Source of the DNA: Pseudomonas phage vB_PaeM_RyC23_M4LORT
Sequence record: PP781973.1
Length of the DNA: 64,000 bases
Strand: one strand, 5' to 3'
Both the position numbers and the translations under genes were made by a program. How positions within the stretch are numbered: the first letter of the stretch is position 1; each line of letters begins with the position of its first letter. Shown here piece by piece: positions 9,856 to 18,170 of this stretch. The notes below the pieces were generated by a model that had not been told where the DNA came from, did not search any database, and saw only the letters and a list, made by a program, of their open reading frames with translations.

Positions 9856-10872
9856 TTACGCCTTCTGTCCGTCTTTCGGCGTGATGCGGCTGGAGCGCAT
9901 GGTGGCGTGAACAAACGCCGAATAGTTGATCAAGTCCAAGGCCGAATCGGCATCCTTGAACCCGCTATTCGCCAGGCGAGTGAGTTTGCCCACCATATGC
10001 ATCACGAACAGGGCGAGCCGATGGTCATCTGCGGTCTTCGCCACCAGGCCGTTCGGGAAGAGGATTTCCATGATCTTTCCGTACATCAGGTCATTGCGAC
10101 CATAGGTGCTCTGGCGGGCGCGGAAGACTTCTTCTGCGGCGTACAGATTGTTGAGAACATCTTCCGCGAAATCATCGGAATGAGCGTCATCTTCGCCAGG
10201 CCAGACGGATGCCATGGCGAACGGCGCGGCGTCTTCGGTCGGGTCTTCGGACTGAGCCGTTTCAGCGAGCGGAGACGGGGCTTTCGCAAACGCCTCGTCG
10301 AGGGTAGGGGCGGAGTTCGGGGCGGCCGGGAACGGCTCGCCTGCCATGTCGTTGGGCGCGCTATCGGGGTCGCTATCGGCCGCGACGGCGAAGAACGGCG
10401 CATCGCAACCTTCCAGGTTCAGGATGTAGGAGTCGATCCCCAGGCTATTGTAGGCATCGATGATGTCCTGGCGATCATCGAACGCCGCGACGATCTTGGT
10501 GACGCCTTCGATTTTCTTCAGGATATCGAGCACAACTGCCCGCTTGAACTGAGGCGCCGGCTCGGTGTTACCATACGGTCGCATGATGAGTTCATACTCG
10601 CGATGTTCGGCGATGCCGAGTTCGCGGTGGAGCTTGGCCCTGGTCTGGAAAAAGTGGTTGTCGGTTCGGCCGGTGACGAAGAAAATCATGAGGTCGGCGT
10701 CGATGGCATTCCTGATGCGACCTACAGCGTGCGGGTTGAGAGTGTCCTTGTCGAGACGAGAATGATACTCGTCCCATTGCCGTTCCAAGGCGAAGCTCTT
10801 GCGGTGGCTATCATCGAATACGCAGCCGTCCAGGTCGAAGATGATGATGCCATTCTTTGGTTTGCGTTCCAT
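9856..10872 (-). CDS. HAD-superfamily phosphatase with acidic Pro/Ala-rich linker and a C-terminal domain of unknown function
   Basis: 338 aa; HAD motif I IIFDLDGCVFDD; motif-III-like AAFDDRQD; low-complexity linker (DSDPDSAPNDMAGEPFPAAPNSAP); helical C-terminal ~110 aa. Confidence 0.65.
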   Translation of the reverse strand: MERKPKNGIIIFDLDGCVFDDSHRKSFALERQWDEYHSRLDKDTLNPHAVGRIRNAIDADLMIFFVTGRTDNHFFQTRAKLHRELGIAEHREYELIMRPYGNTEPAPQFKRAVVLDILKKIEGVTKIVAAFDDRQDIIDAYNSLGIDSYILNLEGCDAPFFAVAADSDPDSAPNDMAGEPFPAAPNSAPTLDEAFAKAPSPLAETAQSEDPTEDAAPFAMASVWPGEDDAHSDDFAEDVLNNLYAAEEVFRARQSTYGRNDLMYGKIMEILFPNGLVAKTADDHRLALFVMHMVGKLTRLANSGFKDADSALDLINYSAFVHATMRSSRITPKDGQKA

Positions 10873-10874
10873 AT

Positions 10875-11066
10875 TCAGATTTCCTTACTGGTTGCTTTCT
10901 GGGTGACGGTTTTATCGATGAACGTCCCATCAGAAGTGAGGCGGAAAACTTCGCCATTCTGGATGAAATCGAACGATTGCACGTTCATCGTGATGCGAAT
11001 GGATTCGCTGCCGTTGGTCACTTCGACTTGTGCGATGTCGCCAACTTTCTCGACAATGATCTTCAT
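10875..11066 (-). CDS. hypothetical small protein
   Basis: 63 aa (MKIIVEKVGD...); ATG 11064-11066 sits directly after the ThyX-like stop; the longer 139-aa reading would overlap that gene and is unlikely. Confidence 0.45.
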   Translation of the reverse strand: MKIIVEKVGDIAQVEVTNGSESIRITMNVQSFDFIQNGEVFRLTSDGTFIDKTVTQKATSKEI

Positions 11067-11067
11067 G

Positions 11068-11985
11068 TTACATGGACTTCCCATTGACGGCCACAGGGTT
11101 GGCCTCTTGTTTTTCCGATCCCCAGAAATCGCGGCGCAGTTCTTCCTGCTCGGCCGAGCGATCCATCCAGGGGCGATAGAACTTGCACTGGTAGATAGGT
11201 TCCAACGGAACATCAACCACAGGAATCTGGCCGGGCTTCGTCTCCAGAGCTGCCATGAACCGGTCATAGGATTTCTGCTGGATTTCCTCTTCATTCATCA
11301 CCTTCGACCCATAGCGCGGGAAGGCGCAGGAGCCGGTGGCGACGCAGTGCGGCTGGAGTAGGCTGTCGAACATCGGATAGACTTCCAGAACCAGCCGGCG
11401 CATCTCGCGGAACACTTCCTGGTATTCGCCCTGGGTCCGAACGCACAGGCGAACCTTCGCCATGTCGCTGAGAGTCCGCAGATTGAACTTGGCCGCGATC
11501 TTCGTTTCCATGTTGGAAGGGATGATGGCACGAGCGTCCTGGAGCGACGCGCCGGCCTCCAGAAGCTTCTGGTAGCTGGTTTGCGCGTCGGCAATGGCGT
11601 CATGCCACAGGCGGTTCAGCTCTTCGCGGACGTGGTAGGTCGGGTCATGCTCGCCATTGACCGTAGCCGGTTCGTCGAATTCCCAGCGGAAGGCTTCCGG
11701 CTGAACGACGGCGCTGATTTCCAGAGCGCGACTGGTTTCCTGCTGGTAAGCCCCGGTACGAGTCCGAACGAGTTGATGGGTGAAGTTCTTGCTGACACCC
11801 TCGATCTGGAAAATGAAGTCCACGAACTCGAACGGCGAGCGGATGGTGTCCAGCATGTACTTCCAGTGGTCGAGCTTTTCGGCCTCGGTCATGGTCGCCG
11901 GGTCTTGGCCGCGCATGCGGGTGGACTTCGTTCCCAAGAGCAATTCCCAGGCGTTCTGGGTGTAACTGATCAGAGAAATTTTCAT
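11068..11985 (-). CDS. thyX: flavin-dependent thymidylate synthase-like (ThyX family; variant RTR in place of RHR)
   Basis: 305 aa; ThyX signature region FTHQLVRTRTGAYQQETSR (compare RHRx7-8SxR); size and helical content fit ThyX. Confidence 0.6.
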   Translation of the reverse strand: MKISLISYTQNAWELLLGTKSTRMRGQDPATMTEAEKLDHWKYMLDTIRSPFEFVDFIFQIEGVSKNFTHQLVRTRTGAYQQETSRALEISAVVQPEAFRWEFDEPATVNGEHDPTYHVREELNRLWHDAIADAQTSYQKLLEAGASLQDARAIIPSNMETKIAAKFNLRTLSDMAKVRLCVRTQGEYQEVFREMRRLVLEVYPMFDSLLQPHCVATGSCAFPRYGSKVMNEEEIQQKSYDRFMAALETKPGQIPVVDVPLEPIYQCKFYRPWMDRSAEQEELRRDFWGSEKQEANPVAVNGKSM

Positions 11986-12191
11986 CAGAAATCTTCCGGA
12001 ATTGGCGTGAAGTGGAATTTTTTGGTTAGAGCCAGGGCCAGGCCTTGGGCTTGCTCTTTACGAAGGCCATACTGCTCTATCTCTTCCTTGAGCAGTTCGC
12101 AGGCATCCAGACGCGACTCATACTCTTCAGCCTCCTGAACGGATGAGAAAACGGTTCCATCAGAGGTTCGGTACACAAGTTCAATCGACAT
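11985..12191 (-). CDS. hypothetical protein
   Basis: 68 aa from internal Met (MSIELVYRT...); stop overlaps the thyX ATG (ATGA). Confidence 0.45.
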   Translation of the reverse strand: MSIELVYRTSDGTVFSSVQEAEEYESRLDACELLKEEIEQYGLRKEQAQGLALALTKKFHFTPIPEDF

Positions 12192-12198
12192 GATGACC

Positions 12199-12429
12199 TC
12201 AGTAGCAGCGGATGATTTCGGCGCGGATATCTCGACGGTCGAGGTAGTGCTCACGAATCTTATCGCGGGCGCGCTCGGCCTCTTCTCGACTGCCGAACGA
12301 CAGGTTGAACGAAGTGAAAGGCTTATCGTCCAGTTCAGCGCCGGTTTGATACAGGATGCCTACCAGAACGAAAGACGGCGCGGTCTTCGGCTGCTGGTCG
12401 GCTTGCATTTCGAGTTCGAGGAAGGACAT
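12199..12429 (-). CDS. hypothetical protein
   Basis: 76 aa ORF in the operon. Confidence 0.45.
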   Translation of the reverse strand: MSFLELEMQADQQPKTAPSFVLVGILYQTGAELDDKPFTSFNLSFGSREEAERARDKIREHYLDRRDIRAEIIRCY

Positions 12430-12461
12430 AGGAACCTCTTCAGGATGATCTGGTGCGTAAA

Positions 12462-12680
12462 TTAATAGCGCTCCTGCTGAGCAGCTACGGTTTCCGGCTC
12501 GTAGATGAGCATGTCAACGATTTCCGGGCACTGGCCTTTCACCCAGTCGATGGCCGCGACCAGTGTGGTGGAAGCGGAGAAAGAGAAAGTGCGGTAAGAC
12601 TCATGGATGTACGGCGACCCCATCGAATCGCGCTCGGTCGTGCGAGAAATGACTGCTTTGATATTAACGATCCGGCCCAT
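12462..12680 (-). CDS. hypothetical protein
   Basis: 72 aa ORF. Confidence 0.4.
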   Translation of the reverse strand: MGRIVNIKAVISRTTERDSMGSPYIHESYRTFSFSASTTLVAAIDWVKGQCPEIVDMLIYEPETVAAQQERY

Positions 12681-12918
12681 CTTCGGCCTCCACTTTAGCG
12701 ATTATATCTGACAGGCTCAGCTTCTCGCCATTCAGGAAATAACTGGCGCGAAACTTCCTGTCACCCTCTGGCCCGACGATCCGGGCCGTTATGGTGAGAC
12801 TCCCGCCGCCAAGGGCATCGGTGTCCCTGAAGAAAGCCAGCAGCGCCCGCTTGAGCGCTGCCTCGCGAGGATCGACGGCCATTAACCTACCACGTTCCAG
12901 CCGTGCTGAGCGCACCAA
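12664..12918 (-). CDS. hypothetical protein
   Basis: 84 aa ORF. Confidence 0.4.
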   Translation of the reverse strand: MVRSARLERGRLMAVDPREAALKRALLAFFRDTDALGGGSLTITARIVGPEGDRKFRASYFLNGEKLSLSDIIAKVEAEDGPDR

Positions 12919-13112
12919 ACCGCACCGGCCCCTGCAGGAAGGCTATTCAGAAGGAACACAGGAGTCAGGCGGCCATCCTCGGTCATATGGATGAAGTAGC
13001 GGGTGCCTTCACCGAGCCATTCGGCCTTGGCGATAGCGCGTTCGAGATTGGCCTTGGTGGCATAGGTCTTGGTGTGGTTCTTGTCGGTGGAGAAGGTTAC
13101 TTCGCGGGCCAT
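12882..13112 (-). CDS. hypothetical protein
   Basis: 76 aa; first gene downstream of the promoter at 13158-13186; RBS present. Confidence 0.5.
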   Translation of the reverse strand: MAREVTFSTDKNHTKTYATKANLERAIAKAEWLGEGTRYFIHMTEDGRLTPVFLLNSLPAGAGAVWCAQHGWNVVG

Positions 13113-13149
13113 TTGTCGATTCCTTTTGGTTGAAGGGTTTCGCGTTTCG

Positions 13150-13195
13150 ATGAGGGAATATTACGCCCACCTGATCCAGAAGTAAAGCACTTTTG
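13150..13195 (-). promoter_or_regulatory. sigma70-like promoter (minus strand), AGTGCTTTACT family
   Basis: minus-strand -35 TTTACT (13181-13186) inside GTGCTTTACT, 17-nt spacer, -10 TAATAT (13158-13163). Confidence 0.55.
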
Positions 13196-13199
13196 TAAA

Positions 13200-14201
13200 T
13201 TACTTCACGAACATCTTCTTGGCCTTCTGATAAGACGAAGAAGTCATCAGGCGCTCGATGACGTCCATGTCCGAAACCAGATCATCCAGAAGGACATTGC
13301 GCCAGGTAGCGAACCGGCCGAGCGAGAAGATGCCAGCCTCATGGGTGAGATTCCAGATCATGGATTCGCGCTCGTCGCGACCGAGCGGAATGATTTTGCC
13401 TTTGGTCTGGATGGTCGGCTCGCCATCTTCGATGAGCTGTTTCCTTCTGATGCCGAAGGCCGCGCAGACTTCATCCAGATCCCAGGCCGGATTCCATTCG
13501 ATCTTTTTGATCTCACCATCTGCATTCTCCACGACACCATTCGCGATGGATTCCACGATCAAGGTATCGCCGGTGATGGACGCACGAAATGTTCCGAAAT
13601 CGGGACTGGGGAAATACACGGTCTGGAAGACGTCACAAGGGATGGAAAGCTTGTATCGACTCACGATGATGGAAGTGCCTTTACCGAAGGACGGGTCGAT
13701 TCCCAGGTCCAGTCCTGCCGCAGCCAGGTTGGCGCGGAATGGCGCGGTGCTGATGACATTCACATGGTCATCTTGCCGGCGAATATACTGGAAGAAAGAG
13801 GCATCGAAAGGACGGCTCCAGGTGATACGGTTCGCGAGCTTAGCCACCAGCTGCTCATAGTAGTCGGCCGGTGCGATCCAACGCTTTTCAGTCGCCAGAT
13901 TCCAGATGGACCGGTCCGACAGGCCTCCTGTTACTTTCCGGGAGTACAGGTTGCAGTAGTCGATGCGCGGCTGGGAAATCAGCTCGTCATCCATGTAGAT
14001 GGCCTTGTGTACAGTGACTTCGCGGAACGGGATGCCGGTGAGTTGGCCAATTACTGGCGAGCGGAATCGCAAGAGTGCGTTGTGACGCTCCTTGTTCTCC
14101 GGCGTTGCCGCGTCGATGATTTGAGCTTGAGGAAAGCGATGCGCGGCGATCAGTCCGGCTAGCCCGGCGCCTACGATGATGACTTTCTGATCAGGAATCA
14201 T
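13200..14201 (-). CDS. FAD/NAD(P)-binding oxidoreductase (Rossmann GxGxxG)
   Basis: 333 aa from MIPDQKVIIVGAGLAGLIAA (dinucleotide-binding fingerprint); RBS AAGGAA 7 nt upstream; the longer 14225 start would use TTG. Confidence 0.65.
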   Translation of the reverse strand: MIPDQKVIIVGAGLAGLIAAHRFPQAQIIDAATPENKERHNALLRFRSPVIGQLTGIPFREVTVHKAIYMDDELISQPRIDYCNLYSRKVTGGLSDRSIWNLATEKRWIAPADYYEQLVAKLANRITWSRPFDASFFQYIRRQDDHVNVISTAPFRANLAAAGLDLGIDPSFGKGTSIIVSRYKLSIPCDVFQTVYFPSPDFGTFRASITGDTLIVESIANGVVENADGEIKKIEWNPAWDLDEVCAAFGIRRKQLIEDGEPTIQTKGKIIPLGRDERESMIWNLTHEAGIFSLGRFATWRNVLLDDLVSDMDVIERLMTSSSYQKAKKMFVK

Positions 14202-14239
14202 GATATGTTCCTTATGAGTGTACAAAACTTGAGAGGATA

Positions 14240-14278
14240 AAAAAGGGACCCATTTTCATGAGTCCCTTGAAGAGCTAG
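14240..14278 (-). terminator. rho-independent terminator downstream of the K/E-rich protein gene
   Basis: minus-strand AAGGGACtcatgaaaatgGGTCCCTT followed by TTTTAT. Confidence 0.6.
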
Positions 14279-14305
14279 ACGATTCGGTCTCAGAAGAGCG
14301 GCGGC

Positions 14306-15196
14306 TTACTCTTCTTCACCATCGGAACCGTCGGCGCCCTGACCTTCACCGTCGTGCTCCTGGCCTTCATCGGCCTTCTCGTCATCGCCCTGGCCAGCTT
14401 CGTCTTCCTTCGAAGCGATGGCAACCAGATCGACCCAGCCCATGATTTCCAGCTTGCTCAGATAGCTGCGGACAGAGGTGCCATAGAGCAGATGGGCCAC
14501 CTTCTCGCCGAAGGCTTCGATTTCGACCGGCTCACCAACGGTGCAGTGCTCGTTGATGTAAGCAAACACCTTGCCGCGAGTCGAGAAGGCCTGCGGGGTT
14601 CCATGGCCGTCGCCGGTCGGGATGAAGTGAGTGGCGCGGGGGCGACGCGAGCCGTTGGACTTCAGGTCTTCGCGGCGGGCTTCGGCCTTCGCGCGGCGCT
14701 CTTCCTGCTCTTCCTTGCGGCGCTGCTTCTCGGCTTCGCGCTCTGCCTTCTTCTGCTCGGCCAGGCGCTTGCGCTCTTCTTCGCGTGCGGCTTTCTGGGC
14801 TTCCTGCGCGGCCTTCTTCTCTTCGGCCTTCTTGGCGCGCTCGGCTTCCTTCTCGGCCTTCTTCTGCTCGCGCTCGGCTTCCTTCGCCTTCGCCTTCTCG
14901 GCCAGCTCGGCTTCCTTCGCCTTCGCCTTTTCAGCACGCTCGGCTTCCTTGGCGGCGGCCTTTTCCTTCGCCTTCTCGGCGCGCTCGGCTTCCTTCTTCT
15001 CGCGCTCGGCCTGGCGCTTCGCTTCTCGCTCGGCTTTCTTCTGCTCGGCTTCCTTGGCCTTGGCTTCGGCCTTCTCGGCGCGCTCGCGCTCTTTACGTTG
15101 ACGCTCGGCGGCCTTCTCGGCTTTGCGCAGGGCTGCTGCTTGTTCCTTGGTCAGCTCTTCGCCTTGGGCCTGTTCGTTCTGGTCTTTCTGTTCCAT
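14306..15196 (-). CDS. K/E/A-rich low-complexity coiled-coil protein with C-terminal globular domain and acidic tail
   Basis: 296 aa; ~190 aa of (A/E/K) repeats (EKAKAKEAE...); the underlying DNA carries tandem ~33-nt repeats (14880-14950); C-terminal ~90 aa are non-repetitive, then a D/E/G tail. Confidence 0.6.
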   Translation of the reverse strand: MEQKDQNEQAQGEELTKEQAAALRKAEKAAERQRKERERAEKAEAKAKEAEQKKAEREAKRQAEREKKEAERAEKAKEKAAAKEAERAEKAKAKEAELAEKAKAKEAEREQKKAEKEAERAKKAEEKKAAQEAQKAAREEERKRLAEQKKAEREAEKQRRKEEQEERRAKAEARREDLKSNGSRRPRATHFIPTGDGHGTPQAFSTRGKVFAYINEHCTVGEPVEIEAFGEKVAHLLYGTSVRSYLSKLEIMGWVDLVAIASKEDEAGQGDDEKADEGQEHDGEGQGADGSDGEEE

Positions 15197-15356
15197 GTTC
15201 TTACTCCGGGAATGTTTAAAAGGATGGCTTATTGGCCTGTGAGGGGATTATCTCTAAACTAATTGAAGAAGGGAATACCCTTAGCCTGAACTTTCCTAAA
15301 TATTTTCTTTCGGGAAAGTCCAGACTCTAGGGAACTTATTTATGTTCGAGAAGTTC

Positions 15357-16559
15357 CTAGCTTTTACGCAAAAACAGCAAGTATTCAATTGCGCGAGTTA
15401 TCCCAGTATACATCAACTGACTGTAAGGAATGGACGGCAAGTTTTCTTCCAGCATTGCCACACGCTTCCATTCCGATCCCTGCGACTTATGGAACGTCAT
15501 CGCCCAACCGAAGTCGAATCCGCCAATGGCCTTCTGCGCCTCCAGCCGCACATCTTCCTCGGCCGAAAAGCTCAAAGGATTGAACTTCACCCATCGCTCA
15601 TAGTTCGTTCCGATAATGCGAACTTTGGCGAACAACATTTCATCCGGCTCGTCATCATCTTCTTGGCCTTCGGGGACCGGCTTGAAGTCCAGCAGAATTG
15701 CTTGCTCGCCGTTCATGATGCCATATTCGTGCTGGTTCCCGGTGCACACCAGCTTCTCACCGATTCCTGGCTGCACGCCTTTGTAGCCGAGGATTCGGCG
15801 AGCGCGTGCGTTCAAGCGACGGCGAGTATTGTTGTAAGCGCAAAGAATCACACCATCGTTGTCCAGGAACGTCCGCATTTCATCATCCGACATATCGAAG
15901 CCGGCCCGGACCACTATGTCATCATACTCGCGGCAGGGCAGGCGCTTTCCCTGGCGGACGAACATCGACGCCCGAACGATATTGCCGGCGTTGCGCTCGA
16001 TTTCGGTCATGATGGTGTCACAGCTGTTCTCATGGAAAATCTGGACGCCGCGCACAGGAGGAACTTGGCCAAAGTCACCAATCTCCAGAACCGGAATCCG
16101 GTGCGACAGCAAGCGCTCTTCATCCCACTCGCCGATCATGGACGACTCGTCGAGCACGACCAACTTCGGCTTCTCGTCGAGCGAGTCTTTGTTGGCAAAC
16201 ATTATTTCGCCGTCTTCATCTTCACCAATCGGCCGATAGATGAAGCTGTGGAGGGTCCGGGCATTGGTGCAACCCTTCTCGCGAAGCCGCGCTGCTGCTT
16301 TCCCGGTTGGCGCGACGAAGACTGTCCAGTCCATCGAGCAGCAAAGTTCGGCGATTATCTTCGCGATGGAAGTCTTACCAGTTCCGGCGAAACCAGCGAG
16401 TCGATAGACCTGGCGGCGGTGCGCTCGATCACACCAACCGCGATACCAGTCCACAACGGAATTGATCGCGTCGATCTGCTGACTGTTTGGTCGAAAGCCG
16501 AATCGCTCTTCGATCTGATCGACGGTGAAGTTAGATGCTGACATATTTGCGTTCTCCAA
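15357..16559 (-). CDS. SF1 DNA helicase, Dda/RecD-like
   Basis: 400 aa; Walker A GFAGTGKT, Walker B LVVLDESSM, motif V/VI TFHKSQGSEW. Confidence 0.85.
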   Translation of the reverse strand: MENANMSASNFTVDQIEERFGFRPNSQQIDAINSVVDWYRGWCDRAHRRQVYRLAGFAGTGKTSIAKIIAELCCSMDWTVFVAPTGKAAARLREKGCTNARTLHSFIYRPIGEDEDGEIMFANKDSLDEKPKLVVLDESSMIGEWDEERLLSHRIPVLEIGDFGQVPPVRGVQIFHENSCDTIMTEIERNAGNIVRASMFVRQGKRLPCREYDDIVVRAGFDMSDDEMRTFLDNDGVILCAYNNTRRRLNARARRILGYKGVQPGIGEKLVCTGNQHEYGIMNGEQAILLDFKPVPEGQEDDDEPDEMLFAKVRIIGTNYERWVKFNPLSFSAEEDVRLEAQKAIGGFDFGWAMTFHKSQGSEWKRVAMLEENLPSIPYSQLMYTGITRAIEYLLFLRKS

Positions 16560-16953
16560 CGCTAGGTTTAATGGAATCGAGACTCAGTTTAAGCACGCCG
16601 TCCACAGACCATCCAGTATCACGACGATACTTGCGGCCTTGCGGATCGACATAGAAGTTCTTCGTGCGCCGCAGCAGAACATAATGCCAAGCAGCTCCAA
16701 GCGCGTGGACCCTTCCTTTATACGGGAAAGCCTTCGCCTGCTCTGCGGCCTCTTTGGCCCCAGGGAGCCAGCGGACGGTCGAAAGGACCAGGACCGCCCC
16801 CTTAATAGCCTGGGAAGCGGCGCGGCCGTCCTGTGGGCTATAGCGATGTCTATCGAAGTCTACCCAGTGGTGGTTGCCGCGCCGGAGCTTGACCGTTCGG
16901 GATCGCCCCTCGAACACCACCGTGCCTTCATGAGTAAAAATATGTTCCGCCAT
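16531..16953 (-). CDS. hypothetical protein
   Basis: 140 aa; basic; RBS AAGGAA before the ATG; first minus-strand gene of the divergent region. Confidence 0.5.
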   Translation of the reverse strand: MAEHIFTHEGTVVFEGRSRTVKLRRGNHHWVDFDRHRYSPQDGRAASQAIKGAVLVLSTVRWLPGAKEAAEQAKAFPYKGRVHALGAAWHYVLLRRTKNFYVDPQGRKYRRDTGWSVDGVLKLSLDSIKPSVGERKYVSI

Positions 16954-16980
16954 CTAATGTTCCTTTATAACGTACAGTTA

Positions 16981-17015
16981 TGCTTTACCTCTGCGCAGGA
17001 AGAGTATACTATCAG
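16981..17015 (+). promoter_or_regulatory. sigma70-like promoter (plus strand), same family, driving the 17122+ operon
   Basis: TGCTTTACC (-35 TTTACC, 16984-16989), 17-nt spacer, -10 TACTAT (17007-17012). Confidence 0.5.
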
Positions 17016-17121
17016 CTGACTCGCCAAAGCGAGCGAATTTAATCCAACTTTACTTCGGCAGGAAAGTGGCCGATACTAGCGCCGCCGCCTGTACTGCCCT
17101 CCAAAACAGAGGATACATTAA

Positions 17122-17907
17122 ATGCAAGAATGCAAGATTTCCCGCGACCAACTCCCGGTCGGTAATCCGAATCCCAATGTCGACAAGACCCGCGACCCGA
17201 ACCTGAAGCCCGGTTTCCTGCGTCGCAGCCGCGAGCTGGACCCGGCGCTGGCCGTTCGCATTCGTCGCGAGCTGATCCACGCCGAAGCGTCCGATCTGGC
17301 CAAGGCCGGATGGGTCAATTCACAGTCCAGCCTTTATGGATCGAAAGCCTTCCCGCGCCATTCCGTCGTTCGCGTGACCGGAGTTCCGGAAGATGGAGCT
17401 TTCATCGGCATGCTGATCGGCTTCATCGAGCATCGCGAGCATGGCGAATGGGCGGTCATGGAAGCCGGAACGAAAGAAGGCGGCGCCGTCATTATTCCAG
17501 TCGATCACATCATGCGAGCGTCATTCGCCGAAGCCGAAGAGTTCGCCGAAAAGTGGGAGCGGAACTTGGGGTGGCGTCTCCTGCGCCAACTCCGCGAGTG
17601 CGGCGCCCTGGCCGGGACTGAAGACGAGTTCCTGCGGCGGATCATCAATCGATACGTTCGTGATCGCACGATCCTCGATCACCACAAAGTCGGCGCGGAC
17701 AAAACCTATACTGATGCAGTACTCAAAAGCATCGGCGAAACATGGCCGAAGATTCCTTCGGGGAAATTCGTCGGACACCGAGTCGCGCAGCTCCTGATCG
17801 GCCACAAGCTAGGTCGAGCGGGGACCATCCTGAATGACCTGGTGGACTTCCTGGAGAAGTTCGCGGCCGGGCGCGATAAAATTCTCAACATCGCCATCTG
17901 TAATTGA
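17122..17907 (+). CDS. hypothetical protein
   Basis: 261 aa ORF; first gene of the plus-strand block. Confidence 0.6.
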   Translation: MQECKISRDQLPVGNPNPNVDKTRDPNLKPGFLRRSRELDPALAVRIRRELIHAEASDLAKAGWVNSQSSLYGSKAFPRHSVVRVTGVPEDGAFIGMLIGFIEHREHGEWAVMEAGTKEGGAVIIPVDHIMRASFAEAEEFAEKWERNLGWRLLRQLRECGALAGTEDEFLRRIINRYVRDRTILDHHKVGADKTYTDAVLKSIGETWPKIPSGKFVGHRVAQLLIGHKLGRAGTILNDLVDFLEKFAAGRDKILNIAICN

Positions 17908-17917
17908 GGTGAATGAA

Positions 17918-18169
17918 ATGGTTGACTTGGAAAAGCTGAGTCCAAAGCTGAGTCCTCGGCAGCATGCCGTTCTACTGGAGATGTACAGGCATCCTGAGCA
18001 TCCAGTTCACAGATCGCCAACGAATTTAACTCTTAAGGCTTTGAGACGAAGGGGGCTTGTCGAGCTATCCTGGAAGGATTCCGTGGCTGGATATATGTTC
18101 GGTCGCCAACCTTGCTGGAAAATAACTGATGCCGGCATAAGGCGAATCCTGGGAGTGCTGGGGGAATAA
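17918..18169 (+). CDS. hypothetical protein (possible winged-helix DNA-binding)
   Basis: 83 aa from ATG 17918, preceded by GAGGTGAATGAA; LTLKALRRRGLVE resembles a wHTH recognition helix. Confidence 0.4.
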   Translation: MVDLEKLSPKLSPRQHAVLLEMYRHPEHPVHRSPTNLTLKALRRRGLVELSWKDSVAGYMFGRQPCWKITDAGIRRILGVLGE

Positions 18170-18170
18170 T

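Noticed and set aside
9496-11361. 621-aa plus-strand ORF
   Set aside because: Antisense to the DnaQ, HAD and ThyX genes. Low-complexity translation. Artefact of GC-rich sequence.
11068-11985. Calling this gene a dUMP hydroxymethylase
   Set aside because: Known phage dUMP hydroxymethylases are ThyA homologues and this ORF is ThyX-like. Only the RHR to RTR substitution hints at altered chemistry, so I kept the ThyX-like call.
14354-15262. Several overlapping ORFs (14354-15262 +, 14631-15101 +, 14662-14937 -, 14785-15219 +)
   Set aside because: All are alternative frames across the tandem-repeat, low-complexity K/E/A gene. Only the minus-strand frame with an RBS and terminator (14306-15196) is credible.
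15342-16541. 399-aa plus-strand ORF
   Set aside because: Antisense to the Dda/RecD-like helicase, which has clear Walker motifs.
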